Assembly (NCBI GenBank): GCA_051047955.1
Contig: JBPGPT010000001.1
Coordinates: 992,001-1,056,000, forward strand
DNA from: Cystobasidiomycetes sp. EMM_F5
Lineage: Eukaryota
Direction: 5' to 3'
DNA length: 64,000 nt
Below the pieces are notes generated by a model. The model worked only from the letters and a program-made list of their open reading frames with translations. It searched no databases and was not told the origin of the DNA. The translations under genes and the position numbers were made by a program. Below, piece by piece: positions 34,421 to 50,593 of the stretch (position 1 is the stretch's first letter; every line of letters starts with the position of its first letter).

Positions 34421-36014
34421 TTAACTTATCAGAGCGATGTCTGTGTCGTCATCGCTCTGTAATTCTACCTTTGGCTCTGCTGATGCGGCACTGTCGAGCA
34501 CTTTGACTGCATTATACCGGTGAACTTCTAGAACAGCCTTGCCGCATCGCAGACATGGCCAACCTGTCTCCACCTCTACATCGACAGTCCGATGTTGGTT
34601 GCCCTTGACCGCCTCTTCCTCTTTCTTAGCAGTCTCCCATTCCAGCAATGCACCCGCTATACAATAGTAGCAGTACAGCGTATCACAACAGTCCGTCTTG
34701 TAGGGTACTGTAGCTTCTTGGCCGGAATATGCCGAAGGTATGGCGAGATGACGATTGCCATCTGCTTGCTGTTGAGTACGTGTGATGGCGCTCGACATTG
34801 CGTCAGTGTTGAGCGTTGCGAGAATCGCTGTGCTCGTAGTAGGATCTACTGGGTCAACAACGTGTGCTGATGGGTCCGCTGTGCCCGGTGCGGCTGCTCT
34901 CGAGTGGCATATCGGACAGACGCCCAAGGGCAGATGAGCCAGCGGCCCGTCTAGAACATCGACAGCTTTTTCTGACACAGCTGAAGCTGTACTGGCATTC
35001 CGTCTGTGCTTTCGCGCTTTCGAAGAGTTTATGGTCGGTTGCGGGAGGTTTAGAGCTGTGATAAGGCTCGCTGGGACAAGAGCGTACATGGACGACAAGA
35101 AGTTGTGCCTATACAGAGATTGTGACATCCATCGTCGTACCGTGCGGATATTGACGAGAGGCATGAGGAAGAGGAGAAATTCCTGGTCAAAAGTAGGTAG
35201 CGCTAAGCGGAGACAGGCGAGCAATTGGAGTCTGCTGACTTACGGTGAAAGCTTCCCAGACGAGCTGACGATTCAGAAACTCAAACGAAACATTCCGAGC
35301 CACCGATTGCTGGGCGTACGAGAAGCGTAGATTCAGTATCCGAGCTACGAGTGACGGATATCTGCAGATTGCGTTAGACGTGGTGTAACCGGAGCAGGGA
35401 GAGGTTACATACCGTCCGTTGTATAGAAAGAGGAGGAAATTGATGAGCTTGCTAGCTGTGAGTAGTTTCTCGAACTGCATAAGGGCGTCCCATCCTAGCC
35501 TCTTGAGTTCTCGCCTCCTTCTCGCCGGACTCTTGTTGCGCAACACTGCCAACAAAGAATTCGGAGCTGGATAGTCTGGCCACCCGTTCACGAGCATAAA
35601 GTCCCTCATTCGAGCGTGTGCGTAGGCTGGAAAGACGGACAGGAGGATGTATGCATACCGCTTCTTTGACGACAGGTGCCTGAATGCGAGATTCTGCAAT
35701 TTGGCACCGTACGAAGCGACATTCTTTGGATGCGTCGACGACAAGCCGAGATGCAACAGGGTAATGCGTAGAGCAAGCAGCAGTTCGGGTTCCCAGGCTG
35801 TCCTCACTGCTTGGCTCAAGGACGCCAGAACGGGTGCAGCGAGGATATTCTGCAGCTCGTCGTCGAGCAGGAAGGCATCGAGCTGGGCCACTCTCGATAC
35901 GCTGCCGTGCGCAGTCTCTGGAGGGTAAGCCCGTCGGACAGCTGGCAAGACATCGTCTCGAATTCCGGCCAAGGACGTTGAAACTTCTTGGGAAGCCTGG
36001 GTGTAGAATGGCAT
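34421..36014 (-). CDS. PEX2: Peroxin 2, peroxisomal RING ubiquitin ligase
   Basis: RVAQLDAFLLDDEL, SYGAKLQNL, NFLLFLYNG|RYPSLVARIL, VSFEFLNRQLVWEAFT|EFLLF, and RING CPIC...CCDTLYCYYC...CLRC. Confidence 0.95.
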
Positions 36015-36196
36015 GTTGAGAGTGTCATACGGGCATCGTTGGCGAGCAGCAGTGTTGGCGCAGTTTCGTGTGCATTTCTGATACAATTGATTTGAATCAA
36101 AGTCGCAACATGTAGTCTTGCTTTAGTAACAATATCTGACTATGCAACAAGCAAACATGTCCTGAGCATGCTGTAAGGCAGTACGCACCAAAATAC

Positions 36197-39037
36197 ATGG
36201 AACCCCGTTCAGAAAGGCCCCCGACATCATCGGCTGGCCGTGTTGGCCCACTGCACCCCAACGGGCTGCCCACGCCAACAACGCCAGGCCATTCACTCAC
36301 TCACTCGAACAGCTACGACGTCTCTGCGCCTGGCGTGGGATGGTCGCAATGGCAATTCACGGGCGATAACGATGTACAGAGCGCCACCGTTTCGGCTGAA
36401 GCTTCTACGAGCCAGTTGGTTGCGAGTGAAGCTGCGCCAGTCAAGCAGAAACGCGCTTACGGCAAGAGCTGCGCAGCTTGCAAGCGGAGAAAACGGAAAT
36501 GTCCGGTGAGGTCTGGATGCTATCACAGAACCTCTGCCCAGAGCTGATTGGTGTACATCGCAATGTACAGGGAAGAGACGAGAATGGAGTGTCTCTCTGT
36601 ACATACTGCAAGGACGCAGGCATCCCCTGCGAGTATGGCGTTTCCAGAGATGTATGCAAGCCCCGTATAGTCAAAGGAGGCCATACTGACATGTCCAGCA
36701 GGCATACCGCCTGGAGCGTGCTGAAACTGATGCTGCAAGAGTTCGAGAGCTCATTGCGAGAGCGAATGCAACGCCAGACCCGATCGACAGGCAGCGTCTG
36801 CTTGATGAAGCGCTAAGGGAGCCAGCGCCGGCTTTCAAAAAGCGCAGGTCACGCAACGCAGCAAGTATTGGGCCATCATCAGACACGTACACATCCACAT
36901 CAGCTACATATGACTCCGGTGTCCGTCCTGGCTCGTCACCTAAGACGTTGCTCGGCAGCAGTATAGGCAGTGTGCAAAAGGCCGACAAACGGAAACGCGA
37001 CAGTTTTGCATCGCTTGCTCATAACCAACTCACGTACGATCCCAGCATACATCTGATTCCACCAGATACTGTAAAGGGCGAGGATCCTGACGAGTACGGT
37101 TACGAGACATCTTCGAGCGATGCTTCTCTCAACGGAGCAGGCAGAGATGACCCAAACCACAGTAGCTCGCAGACACAGCAGCGTGCCGGCATTCAAGAAC
37201 GTGTCACTACTGGACAGCAATCCCGTGATAGCCATCCCTCAATCGAGGAGAAGGCCGCTGCTATCCTGGTAGACGCCGTAGGGGGTCGTGCCAGATATAC
37301 AAACTTGCCGTCCCTGCCGACTAGCAATGCGACAAGTCAGAATATAAACGAAGTTCTAGCTTGGGCCATGCCTCTGTGCCTATGGGAAGATCCGGTCACC
37401 GCGGCTCAACAGCGCGAGCTGAATGAGTACTTTCTCTGTTGGCTCAATCCCATGTTTGAAGTCGTAAAGCGGGAGCAATTGGACGGTAAAGCTCTCGATC
37501 AGCAACAATGCGAATTATGCTTACGATGTTTGACAGATCCGACGACATTTTACCAGACTGCAGGGTTGGACGCTTCGGCTCATGACTTTTTACTTTCTTG
37601 CCTCGACGCATATGTCGCGCTATATTGTCCTGGCTATTCGCACCGAGCTCGATCTTTCGCCGTTCGCGCGCATCTACTGCTGGCTACCGAACTCGCCAAG
37701 CCGTCATCCCCAACTTGCGTGCAAGGGCTGATACTTTTAGCCGTACACCACTACGGGACTGGAGGATATTCGCAATGCCGACATTTGACGTCAACAGCAG
37801 TCGGCATGTTTGACAACCTAATGCATGCACACACTGGACAGGAGGTGCCAGCTCCCTCCTTTATAAACGGCCATAATGGCTATCACGGAGGTTTTGATGG
37901 CTTGCATCGCAATGGCAGCGTGGTCCTCAGCAGAGATTATCGACAATTGTACTGGAGCCTATTTATAATGGACAGGCTAAATTCGCTGTGCTTCAATCGC
38001 TACCCATTCCTCCGCAAGCGAGATGTAGCCCTGCCTGGTACGTCACGATGCGTGACACCATTGCAAGCTGTCAGAGTACCTAAGATTATTGTTTTACTAG
38101 ACATGCCCGACTCGCCTGTTCTGTGGAAGCCTGTTCTACCTGCCGTAGAGGGCCAATTCGGGCTGCCCATGCCACTCTATCCGCCCATCAATGGCAGAGC
38201 TGGGACATGTTTCAAGGAGTGAGTCGTCTGGCTGCTTTGGACGTGTTGTAGATTAATATTGTTCCATCTAGGAAATGCGTGGCTATGAGCGTGAGTTATT
38301 GTGTCGGCCTTTTGGAGCGGCGAGGTAATTGGATGGGGTACCTTCTGACTTGCAGTTCCTGGACGAGATATTGAATCGCATCTATTCGTACGCACGAGCA
38401 CTGGATAGACCGCCTTCGGAGAAACTGGTCGTTGGCATTCGCGACAGAATGTCAGCGTGGCAAGCCAAAGTCAGCCCCGCTCTACACCTCAATGCCGAGC
38501 ATTTGCCTTCCCAGGCTCCGTCACCCAACGTAGTGTACTTCAAGTAGGTAGAGGCTGAGAACAAAGACTAAGCAAAGCTAAGTGCTTGCTCGTAGTCTCC
38601 TCACGCGATCCGCTTGGATTCTGCTATATCGTCCGTTCTACTCTGCTCAGCCTGCTAGTATACCTGGGGCTCGCGAAGTCTGCGAAAGATGCGCATACGA
38701 AATCTGCGCAATCCTCACTCTCTTTCGAGCAACGTTTGGCAGTCTTCGTCAATCCTACATATTCATCTACTCTCTCTACTGGGCGACGCATGTCCTGATT
38801 GCGATTGCAGCTCGAGAAGGACAGACTGAGGACCTGGTATCCCGTTTGACCTATATGCGGGAACTACTCACAGAATGGGTCAACCAGCCCATCCACGACC
38901 AGGCATGCGCACCACTCATTCAGCTTATCGATAACTTTCTGGGCTGGAGCCCTGCATCCGCCGTGCAGGCTCTAGCACCGGCGGCCCTCACTTTTGACCC
39001 GTTCGAAGGGCTGTATTTCTCGACTGAATTACTTTGA
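36197..39037 (+). CDS. Zn(II)2Cys6 transcription factor with fungal-specific TF domain
   Basis: SCAACKRRKRKCP|GRDENGVSLCTYCKDAGIPCEY, PTCVQGLILL, RQLYWSLFIMDR and ILLYRPF. Confidence 0.9.
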
Positions 39038-39212
39038 TAATTTGGGAGACTGGAGCGTAAATACTGCTAGTTTCACCTGTCGTTGTGCTCACTGCTGTGT
39101 GGTCGTAATTATGCTGCTACGCTCGTCGAGCCGAAAGCAATGTCCGTACTGCGCCCGCAAAGCACAGCGATTGTTGGCTAAATAGCAATTGAGCCGCCGG
39201 GCTGCCTGAAGG

Positions 39213-41222
39213 ATGACAAGGCAGGGAGTTGGCACTCTAGCGATGCTTCAGCTGCCTACATCACTGCTCCTGCTGCTTCTGGCCGCGATATCGCCTTCTT
39301 CATCTCGGGCTGGACTCGTCGTTCCGCAGCCGCAGCAACAATATGCGTTTGAATTCCCGCTGCAGGCAGACGAAAGTGTCCACAGCACAAAGCAGGCTAC
39401 CGCTACAGATGTGGAAGCCGGCATCCACAGCGAACATGTTTCCAGAGACCTCTGGGCAGCTCGTCTCGTCGCTGGACTGGCTCATCAGACCGGCGAAGTC
39501 CGAGCTGTCGCTTCAAATGCGAAACCATATGCAGACGATGCCGTCGTGCGGGTCAGCTTCGATTCGGATACCCCAGCCGACCAGCGGAGGAGACTGGTCG
39601 AGAAGCTCAAGGTGGGTTAATTGCATGCGCTTGGCACGCCCGCTTGCTGAAAGACTCGAGTGATAGTCCACGAACGTCGACGTATGGTCGACTAGGCTGT
39701 CTCATATTGATATGCGAATGCATATAGAGGACGCCCGGTCTTTGTCCGCTTCATTATCGTCTTTTTCAGTGTCGTACACTGTGTTGGCCAACGTCAGCAC
39801 ACTCATACAGCAAGAGCAGGAGAACATAGAGCGAGGCAATGTTCAACTCTACAACGCTCTCGCTGCTGACCCGACGCATTTCTCCAAGCTCCTTGCGTCG
39901 CCTGATATCGGACTGCATAGCGTATACCACTCATACGCTTCCATCGAGTCGCTACTACATCTATTTGCGACAGACTATCCGGACTTTGCTCGTTTGGAGA
40001 AGATTGGGCAGAGCGCGGAGGGTAGAAATCTATGGAGTCTGCGTATAAGTGATTATCGGAACAAAGGCGACAAGCCATCGCATCACGGTCCTCGCAGTTG
40101 GAGGACCTTGTCTTATGCAGCCCGCAGAAAGGTCCAAGAGATTACCCGTACCCTCAGAGGCCCCCCTCGCGTGGTAGAAAAGCGATACAAGCGAGCGGCG
40201 AGGCTGTTCGGCAAGCACAAGAAGAAGAAGAAGTTGGGTCTGGCCCTGCTGGCAGGCCAACACGCTCGTGAATGGGTAGCGCCGGCGACGAGCTTGTATA
40301 TCGCTCACAGCATCCTAACAATAGCGGCCTCGCCCTCTACTACTTCTACAGGACGATTGCCCTTCCGGTGGCTGCTGCGATACACGCCTTTTACTAGTCG
40401 AAAGGAGATGCACGTGGCGGAGGAAAGTCGGGAGCAGGTTCTCACCTTGTTGTCCGACTATGAGATGCACTTTATTCCAGTCGCCAATCCAGACGGCTAC
40501 GAATGGTCGAGAAGCAATGATCGCTTGTGGCAGAAGAGTCGACAAGCACACTCTAAGGAGGATATGGGTCGTGACAGCCTATCGAACGAGGCAATACAGG
40601 ACTGCATCGGCATCGATCTTAACCGCAACTGGGAATACAAGTTTGTAAAACCGCAGCGACCGAATCCATGTAGCGACTCTTATCCCGGTCAAGACGGATT
40701 CGAGTCGAAGGAACTGCAAGCCATCTCGAAATACCTTCGCAAGCTGAAAAATGCCAAGACGTCCGGTTTGGATGTTTTCATGGACTTCCACAGCTTTGGT
40801 CAGATGCGTGAGTAAAAGTTGCGTGCCAGTATCGATGAAGCTGATAGTATGTGATACAATATTCGACAGTCATGTACCCGTACAGCTATTCGTGCGAGAC
40901 GACACCGCCTGATGCGGAAAATCTTTACGAAGCTCTTCTGCGAGCAGGAAAGGCCATCAAAGATGTTCATCTTCATCGATACGAAGTAGGCAGCAGCTGT
41001 GACGTGTCCTACGTTGCGACAGGACAGTCAATTGACTGGGCTTACCATGACTTACGGACACGATGGTCGTTTGCGGCGAATTTGAGGGATCAGGGCGTTT
41101 ATGCCTTCCTTCTTCCGCCCAATCAGATTGTCGAAAGCGGACAAGAGATGCTGGCAGGCTTGCTAGACCTGGCTCGCTTTGTAGCGCAAAAGGAAAAGAT
41201 TGAGCCAACAAGTTGGCTGTAG
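39213..41222 (+). CDS. ECM14: M14 metallocarboxypeptidase homolog, ECM14-like (probably catalytically inactive), secreted
   Basis: Signal peptide, GQHAREW, PVANPDGY, RLWQKSR, GIDLNRNW, DFHSFGQ, GQSIDW and SFAANLRD. Confidence 0.85.
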
Positions 41223-41461
41223 GGACCGTTTAAACCGTGACGTATAGGGCATCGCCAAAACCGACTGCGGATGAGGAGCGGTATGGCAACGAATACATGT
41301 ACAAGTAGACTGTCAAAACATGTTTTGCAATGTATCGCTACGATGTGTACGAAATTCATGACGGTTGCTTCGCACGTGAACAGGCTGAGCGGCGAGCGGT
41401 CGGCAAATTTGCACTGCGACTACTTTTCGAGTAGTCTTATTCTCGCAAAATTCGGACAAAT

Positions 41462-42869
41462 ATGGCTCCATCTGCAGTGTATGCGCAGGCGAGCTCCGCC
41501 ATGAACAAGCGGAAGCGAAAGGCAGAAGAGGCGCCGGTCGATGAAGGGTCGGAAAACAGCGAAGGATCCATCAGCGGGGATGAGGTGGACGGCAGCGAGG
41601 ACGACGAGGAAGTATCGTCAGACGATGAAGACGTCGATGACGAAGACGAGCAGGAACCGGATGACGAGCCTGTCTTTTCTAAACTCGCAAAGGGCAAAAA
41701 GCGTGCAAGAAATCAGGATATTACTGAAGACGCTGTAGCTGAGGAAGCGGTCAATGGCGCTGCTGCTGCTAACGGACACAGCAAAGGCTTCCGTCAGAAA
41801 ACGCTGATACTGTCGTCTCGCGGCATCACCCATCGTATGCGACATATGATGAAGGATCTGGCAGCGTTACTGCCGCACAGCAAGACGGGTCAGTTTTGAA
41901 ACTCCTCGATACTCAATAACACTAATGAAATGCATGCAGACGCTAAATTGGATACAAAGCATCAGCTCTCCCTGCTAAACGAATTGGCAGATTTATCAAA
42001 CTGTTCCTCCGCCCTGTTTTTCGAAGCCAGGCGGCATCAAGACTTGTACATGTGGGCTAGCATGACGCCAAACGGACCTTCAGTCCGCTTCCATCTTCTC
42101 AACGCTCACACGATGGACGAGCTCAAGATGACTGGAAATTGCTTGAAAGGATCACGACCTATCGTCGTGTTTGATGCTACTTTTGACTCCAAGTCAGAAT
42201 GGCGATTGATGAAGGAGATTCTGATGCAGGTCCGTGATCAATGCCGAATGTGCTACTCATCTATCCTATCTGATTGAACACGCTCCGATTCCCAGATATT
42301 CGCGGTACCCAAAACCGCTCGACGGGCCAAGCCTTTTATCGATCATGTCGTCTCATTCAGCGTGGCAGACAATAGAATATGGTATCGCAACTATCAGATT
42401 GTCCATGATGCACCGCTGGATCTGTCTGCGCCGGCTGCTGGACAGTCGGAAGCCGACTTTGCTGCTCAATTAGCCAGCAACCTCGCCAACAAGGGCAAGA
42501 AGTCCAAAAATCCCGAAGACAACATGTCAATGAATGAGATTGGACCACGTTTCGTGCTTACGCCCGTCAAGATTTTCGAAGGCAGCTTTGGCGGGGCTGT
42601 CGTGTGGGAGAATAAAGGTAAGGCACTTCAGATTCAATTAATACCGGCATCGAGATACTGATAACGTCTGTCATCGCCCATTCACAGACTTTGTCAGCCC
42701 TACAAACAAGTTGGCGGCTGCGAAACTTACCAAAGCCGTTCAGTACAAGGGGAGACAGAGTGCTCAGAGTGACCGCAAAGGAAGGCGCGAGTTCCTTGAT
42801 GCACAAGAGGTGGATGATAAGGAGAGATCTGGCAGGGCGGCCCTGGAGAGGAAGCGAGTCTTTGCGTGA
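41462..42869 (+). CDS. BRX1: Ribosome biogenesis protein Brx1 (Brix domain)
   Basis: LILSSRGITHRMRHMM, FFEARRHQDLYMW, HTMDELKMTGNCLKGSRP, IWYRNYQI and EIGPRFVLTPVKIFEGSFGG. Confidence 0.96.
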
Positions 42870-43098
42870 TTCTATGGTCGTGGCAAGTATGTGGAGGGCA
42901 TATAAGCTTGCCGACCTCAGTCTGCAATCGTTCAAAGGTCGTTGTCGCAGCATCTGGCTATCATTGCCCGCTTCAATACTAGGAGCTGCGCGAAAGCACA
43001 GTATTGACAAGACTATATCGCATATATCGCAACGATAGTGGAAGTTTGTCAAATCGCCGGTTTGCTTTCCGCGTACCTCGCTTCTGCTCCGCGTGACT

Positions 43099-44021
43099 AT
43101 GGCTGACATGGATGGTGGCATCAAAGTTGTCCTACCTGGCGATATCGTTCGTAGCGGCGTAGCCAAATCCAGCGTCAAGCTGGGACCGGGCGTAGCGCAA
43201 CTGCCCGAGCTCATCAACGAAGGAGCCGCTCAAAAGACACAACCTCCATCCACCGTTTCCGTAGAACTAGCCGCTACCCGGTCTGGCATACTCGGCCGCC
43301 AGTTGTTGCCTGGAAAAGCTGGCTCGAGCGAAGCAAACGAAAACTGCTGGGTCGAGGCGCACGGCAAACGGGTACGTGGGCATTAATAAAATATAAGACC
43401 GTGATATTGCAGAAAGTGACGCTTCCTTTGATTCGCTTGATTCGCAGTACGTTCCTGCGTTCGGAGAACCCGTTGTGGGCATAATCATTGCACGTCATGC
43501 GGAAGGGTACAGGGTAGATCTCGGAGCCGCTCACATGGCTTCTTTGGATGCTCTCGCGTTTGAGGACGCAACAAAGCGCAACAAACCCAATCTCAAGGTC
43601 AGAACGACGCCTCATTCGCCTTTTAATGACGAGGCTTCCGTCTGATGATGTTGACATCATGTATAGGTCGGCACAGTCATCTACGGCAGACTTTCGCTCG
43701 CGCTCCCATTCTGTGAACCCGAAATCGAATGTGTAGACCCGAAGACGGGCAAAGCGCAAGGGTTCGGCGAGCTTACGGGCGGAATGCTCATCCGTAATGT
43801 CGAGCTTGGCAAATGCCGGTCGTGGGTGCTCTCACTCGTCTCCAGTCCGCATGTTCTGACACTGCAGTTTCAGGCTGCTGTCACCCACCCATCCATTGCT
43901 GGCATCTATCGGGTCGAAATTCCCATTCGAACTCGCTATTGGGGTAAATGGGCGCATTTGGGTCAAAGCGGACGACATACAACATACTGTCGAATTGATG
44001 AAAGCCATCACTTCAGCATGA
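43099..44021 (+). CDS. RRP40: Exosome complex cap subunit Rrp40
   Basis: VVLPGD, KLGPG, R|YVPAFGEPVVGII, LAFEDATKRNKPNLK, EPEIECVD, GFGELTGG and PFELAIGVNGRIWV. Confidence 0.93.
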
Positions 44022-44314
44022 AACCAGCGCGGGGCCCGAAGGCCTCACCTGCCTCACCTATGCTAATAATGCACGAACACAGCTACTCTGAATCCGAGCT
44101 CGAATGATTGCGCATCTCCGTCGAGGCAGTTCATAGTATGCCTGAATTTACACAACTCCGCCCGCGCTGTGTCAATGGATGTCTGCCTTTTGACCTTCAT
44201 CCAGGTGGCGAGCCGATTTACAATTTCGATCTCGCGACAAGCCACACCTATGTTGACTAGGGAACTATCAGACGCAAGGCAACAACACAACTTTGCGCAG
44301 CGGATGCAATAGAT

Positions 44315-45991
44315 ATGCTATATTTGACGTCGGATCGTCTGCCGATCTGTAAGGACCGCTTCATCCTGTCATTGCACATGACTAAAAGAGTGAACACAAC
44401 AGTCCTGCCACTTGGAGCAATCGGTTTCTACCGCTATCTCTGGTATCTCATTCGGCTAGCGGCTTACTTCGCGTATCGTCCTATCGCAATTCCTGAGCAC
44501 CCAACTTATCGGCCCAGCGAAGATGTAACGGTCCGTGCAGGCTATGATTACGTGGGCGTTATGCTGAAATATTCGGTGCAGATCATTGTCCCAACCATCG
44601 ATGCCGACGAAGGCTTCTTTACTGCTGCCAAATCGTGGCTGAGATGTGACCCAAAGGAAGTCATTATCGTCACTGCTACTCATATGAAATCTGCTCTGGA
44701 AGAGCTGGCATATCGCGTAGACGGCGAACGTGGGAGAATCCGTATTTTGACCGTCGACAAAGCCAACAAGAGACGACAGATGTCCGCTGGGATACAAGCT
44801 ACAACCAGCGATATAATCGTTTTCGCCGATGACGATGCTATCTGGCCTCCGACAATGCTGTTGTACATTCTTGCCTGCTTCGAGGATCAACAAATAGGCG
44901 GTGTCGGAACTTCGCAAGTTGTGAAGCCAGTTGGACAGCGAATGACTGTATGGGAGGTCCTCGCGGCGATGCGACTATCGATTCGTAACATCGAAATTGC
45001 GGCATCAACACATATAGACGGCGGCGTGCCCTGTCTATCGGGCAGGACGGCGGCCTATCGCACTCTCATCCTTAAAGATGCTGCTTTCATCGATGGCTTC
45101 TGCAACGATTATTGGCTGGGCAAATATCACCTGAACAGCGGGGACGACAAGTTCCTGACACGCTGGCTCGTCAGCCACGGATGGAGGACGTATATACAGT
45201 GCTGCGCTGGGGCAGAATTGCAAAGCACGATGAAGCCAGACTGGCGCTTCCTCAAGCAAGTCTTACGTTGGACGAGAAACACATGGCGTTCGGATCTTCG
45301 CAGCATCTTTATGGAGCGTCATATCTGGACACGACATCCATATGTCGCCTACATGATGATTGACAAATTCCTGAATCCACTTACGCTGCTGGTCGGCCCT
45401 TGTTTGGTCATCTACTTGTGCGTGCTGAGTGGTGAGGCCGGTCAACCAGACGCATACAGACTGCCGGTTTGGGATGTGCTCGTCTCGTGGTTCTGCTGGC
45501 TGTTGTGTAAGTTTTGCAGCAACAGCAAGTTTTGAAGCTTATGCTTATGCTGCCGTCCTGCCAGTGACCCGAAGCTTGAAACTGTTACCGCATCTCTGGA
45601 AAAGGCCGCTTGATGTTCTGTATATTCCTGCTTGGCTGTTGTTCGGCTACTACTTTGCGGTCATGAAGCTTTACACCTTATGTACGCTGCACGAGGTACG
45701 TTTGGCTGCTTGTAGAAGGTACGGGATGGTCTGGAAGGCTGACAGTGCCTTCACTTCCAGGTCGGGTGGGGCACACGCTCTTTAGGCAACGATGCCTCAA
45801 TCGACACAAGCGCAACGAATGCCCAAACGCTTGACCCGATGCTACAGATCAATCCATTTCCATACGAAAAGGTATCGGCTGGCAGCGTGTACAACGCAAG
45901 CGACGTAACCCTCGTCAACTCTGACTCCTCGTCAAAGCACAACAGTGCAGCGCGCGACTATATAGCAAGACTGGCGCAGAACGGCCGCTGA
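44315..45991 (+). CDS. Family 2 processive glycosyltransferase, CPS1-like polysaccharide synthase
   Basis: IIVPTID, ANKRRQM, VFADDD, CLSGRTAAYR, SGDDKFLTRW, QVLRWTRN (QxxRW), C-terminal TM helices and GWGTR. Confidence 0.9.
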
Positions 45992-46098
45992 TAGGCTTTG
46001 CTCACAGAGGAGCATTGGTTATTTGCTCGCTCTCATTCGAGGGTCGACCGGGGTATACGCCACCATTTCAAAGCTTCACTGAGAAGACCTGCGCGTGC

Positions 46099-47280
<1,182 letters not shown>

Positions 47281-47648
47281 GGCTGTGAGCTGGCAGGAAT
47301 ATGGTCAAAGCTGGGCAGAAGCAGCGATGCGATGAAAGCAAAAAGCTGAACCGCCAAAGAAAAGCGTGGGGGCGACTTTCGCGTGTGTGGCGACGGTATC
47401 GGCGGCTGGCAACGGGACAGCCGGACGAGCAAGACTGTTGCAAGATGAAAGCAGCGCTAGTACTATCGCAATCCGGTGGTCAAGTTTGCATGCATCCGCA
47501 AGCCGTCATTCACTTGCATCATAGCGAAGAACCTTTGTCGTGCTGCATTGCGATTAATACCTGGCTACAACAACAGTACTGACGTTGGCACACCCAAGCA
47601 CTCTCGTAAGTCACTAGGAAAGCCTTTGACTTCTCCGAGCATCGCGAG

Positions 47649-48499
47649 TCATCGATATACACCCAGCCCAGAAATGAAGTTATGGACGCTGTAATAACGA
47701 CTTCATATTCAGCCTTTGCGCATTTCGCAGCCTCCACTAGACCTACGCCGTTCTAAACGCATGATTGTCTATCCCCTTGCCACTGATTGCTGAGTCCATC
47801 TCCACCATTGGATTGCGGACGACAAACTCGATAAAGGCTGACTGGTAGATGCTACGCAGCACATTGCGCAGCGAATCCACGTTTGGGTCACTGAACAGGA
47901 CGAATTTGAAGCCGGATGGCGTTTCAAACAGGTGTAGCTTGTATGTCGAAGTCTTGTAGGCTAGAAACGCTTCATCGCTGGAAAGGCAGAGTATTCCGGA
48001 ATTAGCAGTCAATCAAGTCCCATTTTGCTACGCAGACGCACTCCTTCCCGGACAACTTCTTGGCCATGTTGCGCACGGACGAGAGTATACCATATACTAG
48101 CTTAGCCTCCTCGTCAAATGGCAGACCTCCTCGGCTTGTTGGCTTCGTTGGGGGAACAGCAGCAGTCTTCACGTCTTCGACCTTCAAGCCTGATTGGGTA
48201 GAATTACTGCTCGGATCTGGAGCTGGATTCGTCGCCAGAGACACCTCTGGGGCCACGCCTATCAGGACGTCCTTTCCGGCTCTCAGCGGCGCCGATCTGT
48301 GCCAGCTCTGAAAGTAGACGCATGCGCAATGCCTGTTTGTCAGTACTTCAGATCAGTGAGATGCCCTTCGGCCCATCCATCCAGACGATTCACCTATCAA
48401 AGATGTACATGCTATCATGGCCGCCGTGCGATCAGGTACTTTCAGCGCGTTGCAAATGAGGTTCGGTCTTTTCTGCACTGCTCACCTGTATATCGTCAT
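47649..48499 (-). CDS. BET5: TRAPP complex subunit Bet5/TRAPPC1
   Basis: Spliced MTIYS|MYIFDR|HCACVYFQSW, EEAKLVYGILSSVRNM, YKTSTYKLHLFETPSGFKFVLFSDP and FIEFVVRNP. Confidence 0.93.
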
Positions 48500-48602
48500 G
48501 TCTCCTGCTGCAAATATCTTCTATGCCGTCGTCAGGTCTGGCTCCTTATGATCATTGGGCAGCGGTATTGAGCGTTCGATTGACGAAAGGCCAACCTGGA
48601 CA

Positions 48603-50502
<1,900 letters not shown>

Positions 50503-50593
50503 AAGTGCGTGTCAACCCCTATTTCCAAAGTATGACATAGTGGAGTCCGTGAACAAGTTCGCATTTATTCTGCAGGCTTCCGCAAGCCCAGCC

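Noticed and set aside
34540..34925. PEX2 RING with a long insertion and no His ligand
   Set aside because: Insertions and Cys-for-His variants occur in fungal Pex2 RINGs, so this is not unusual.
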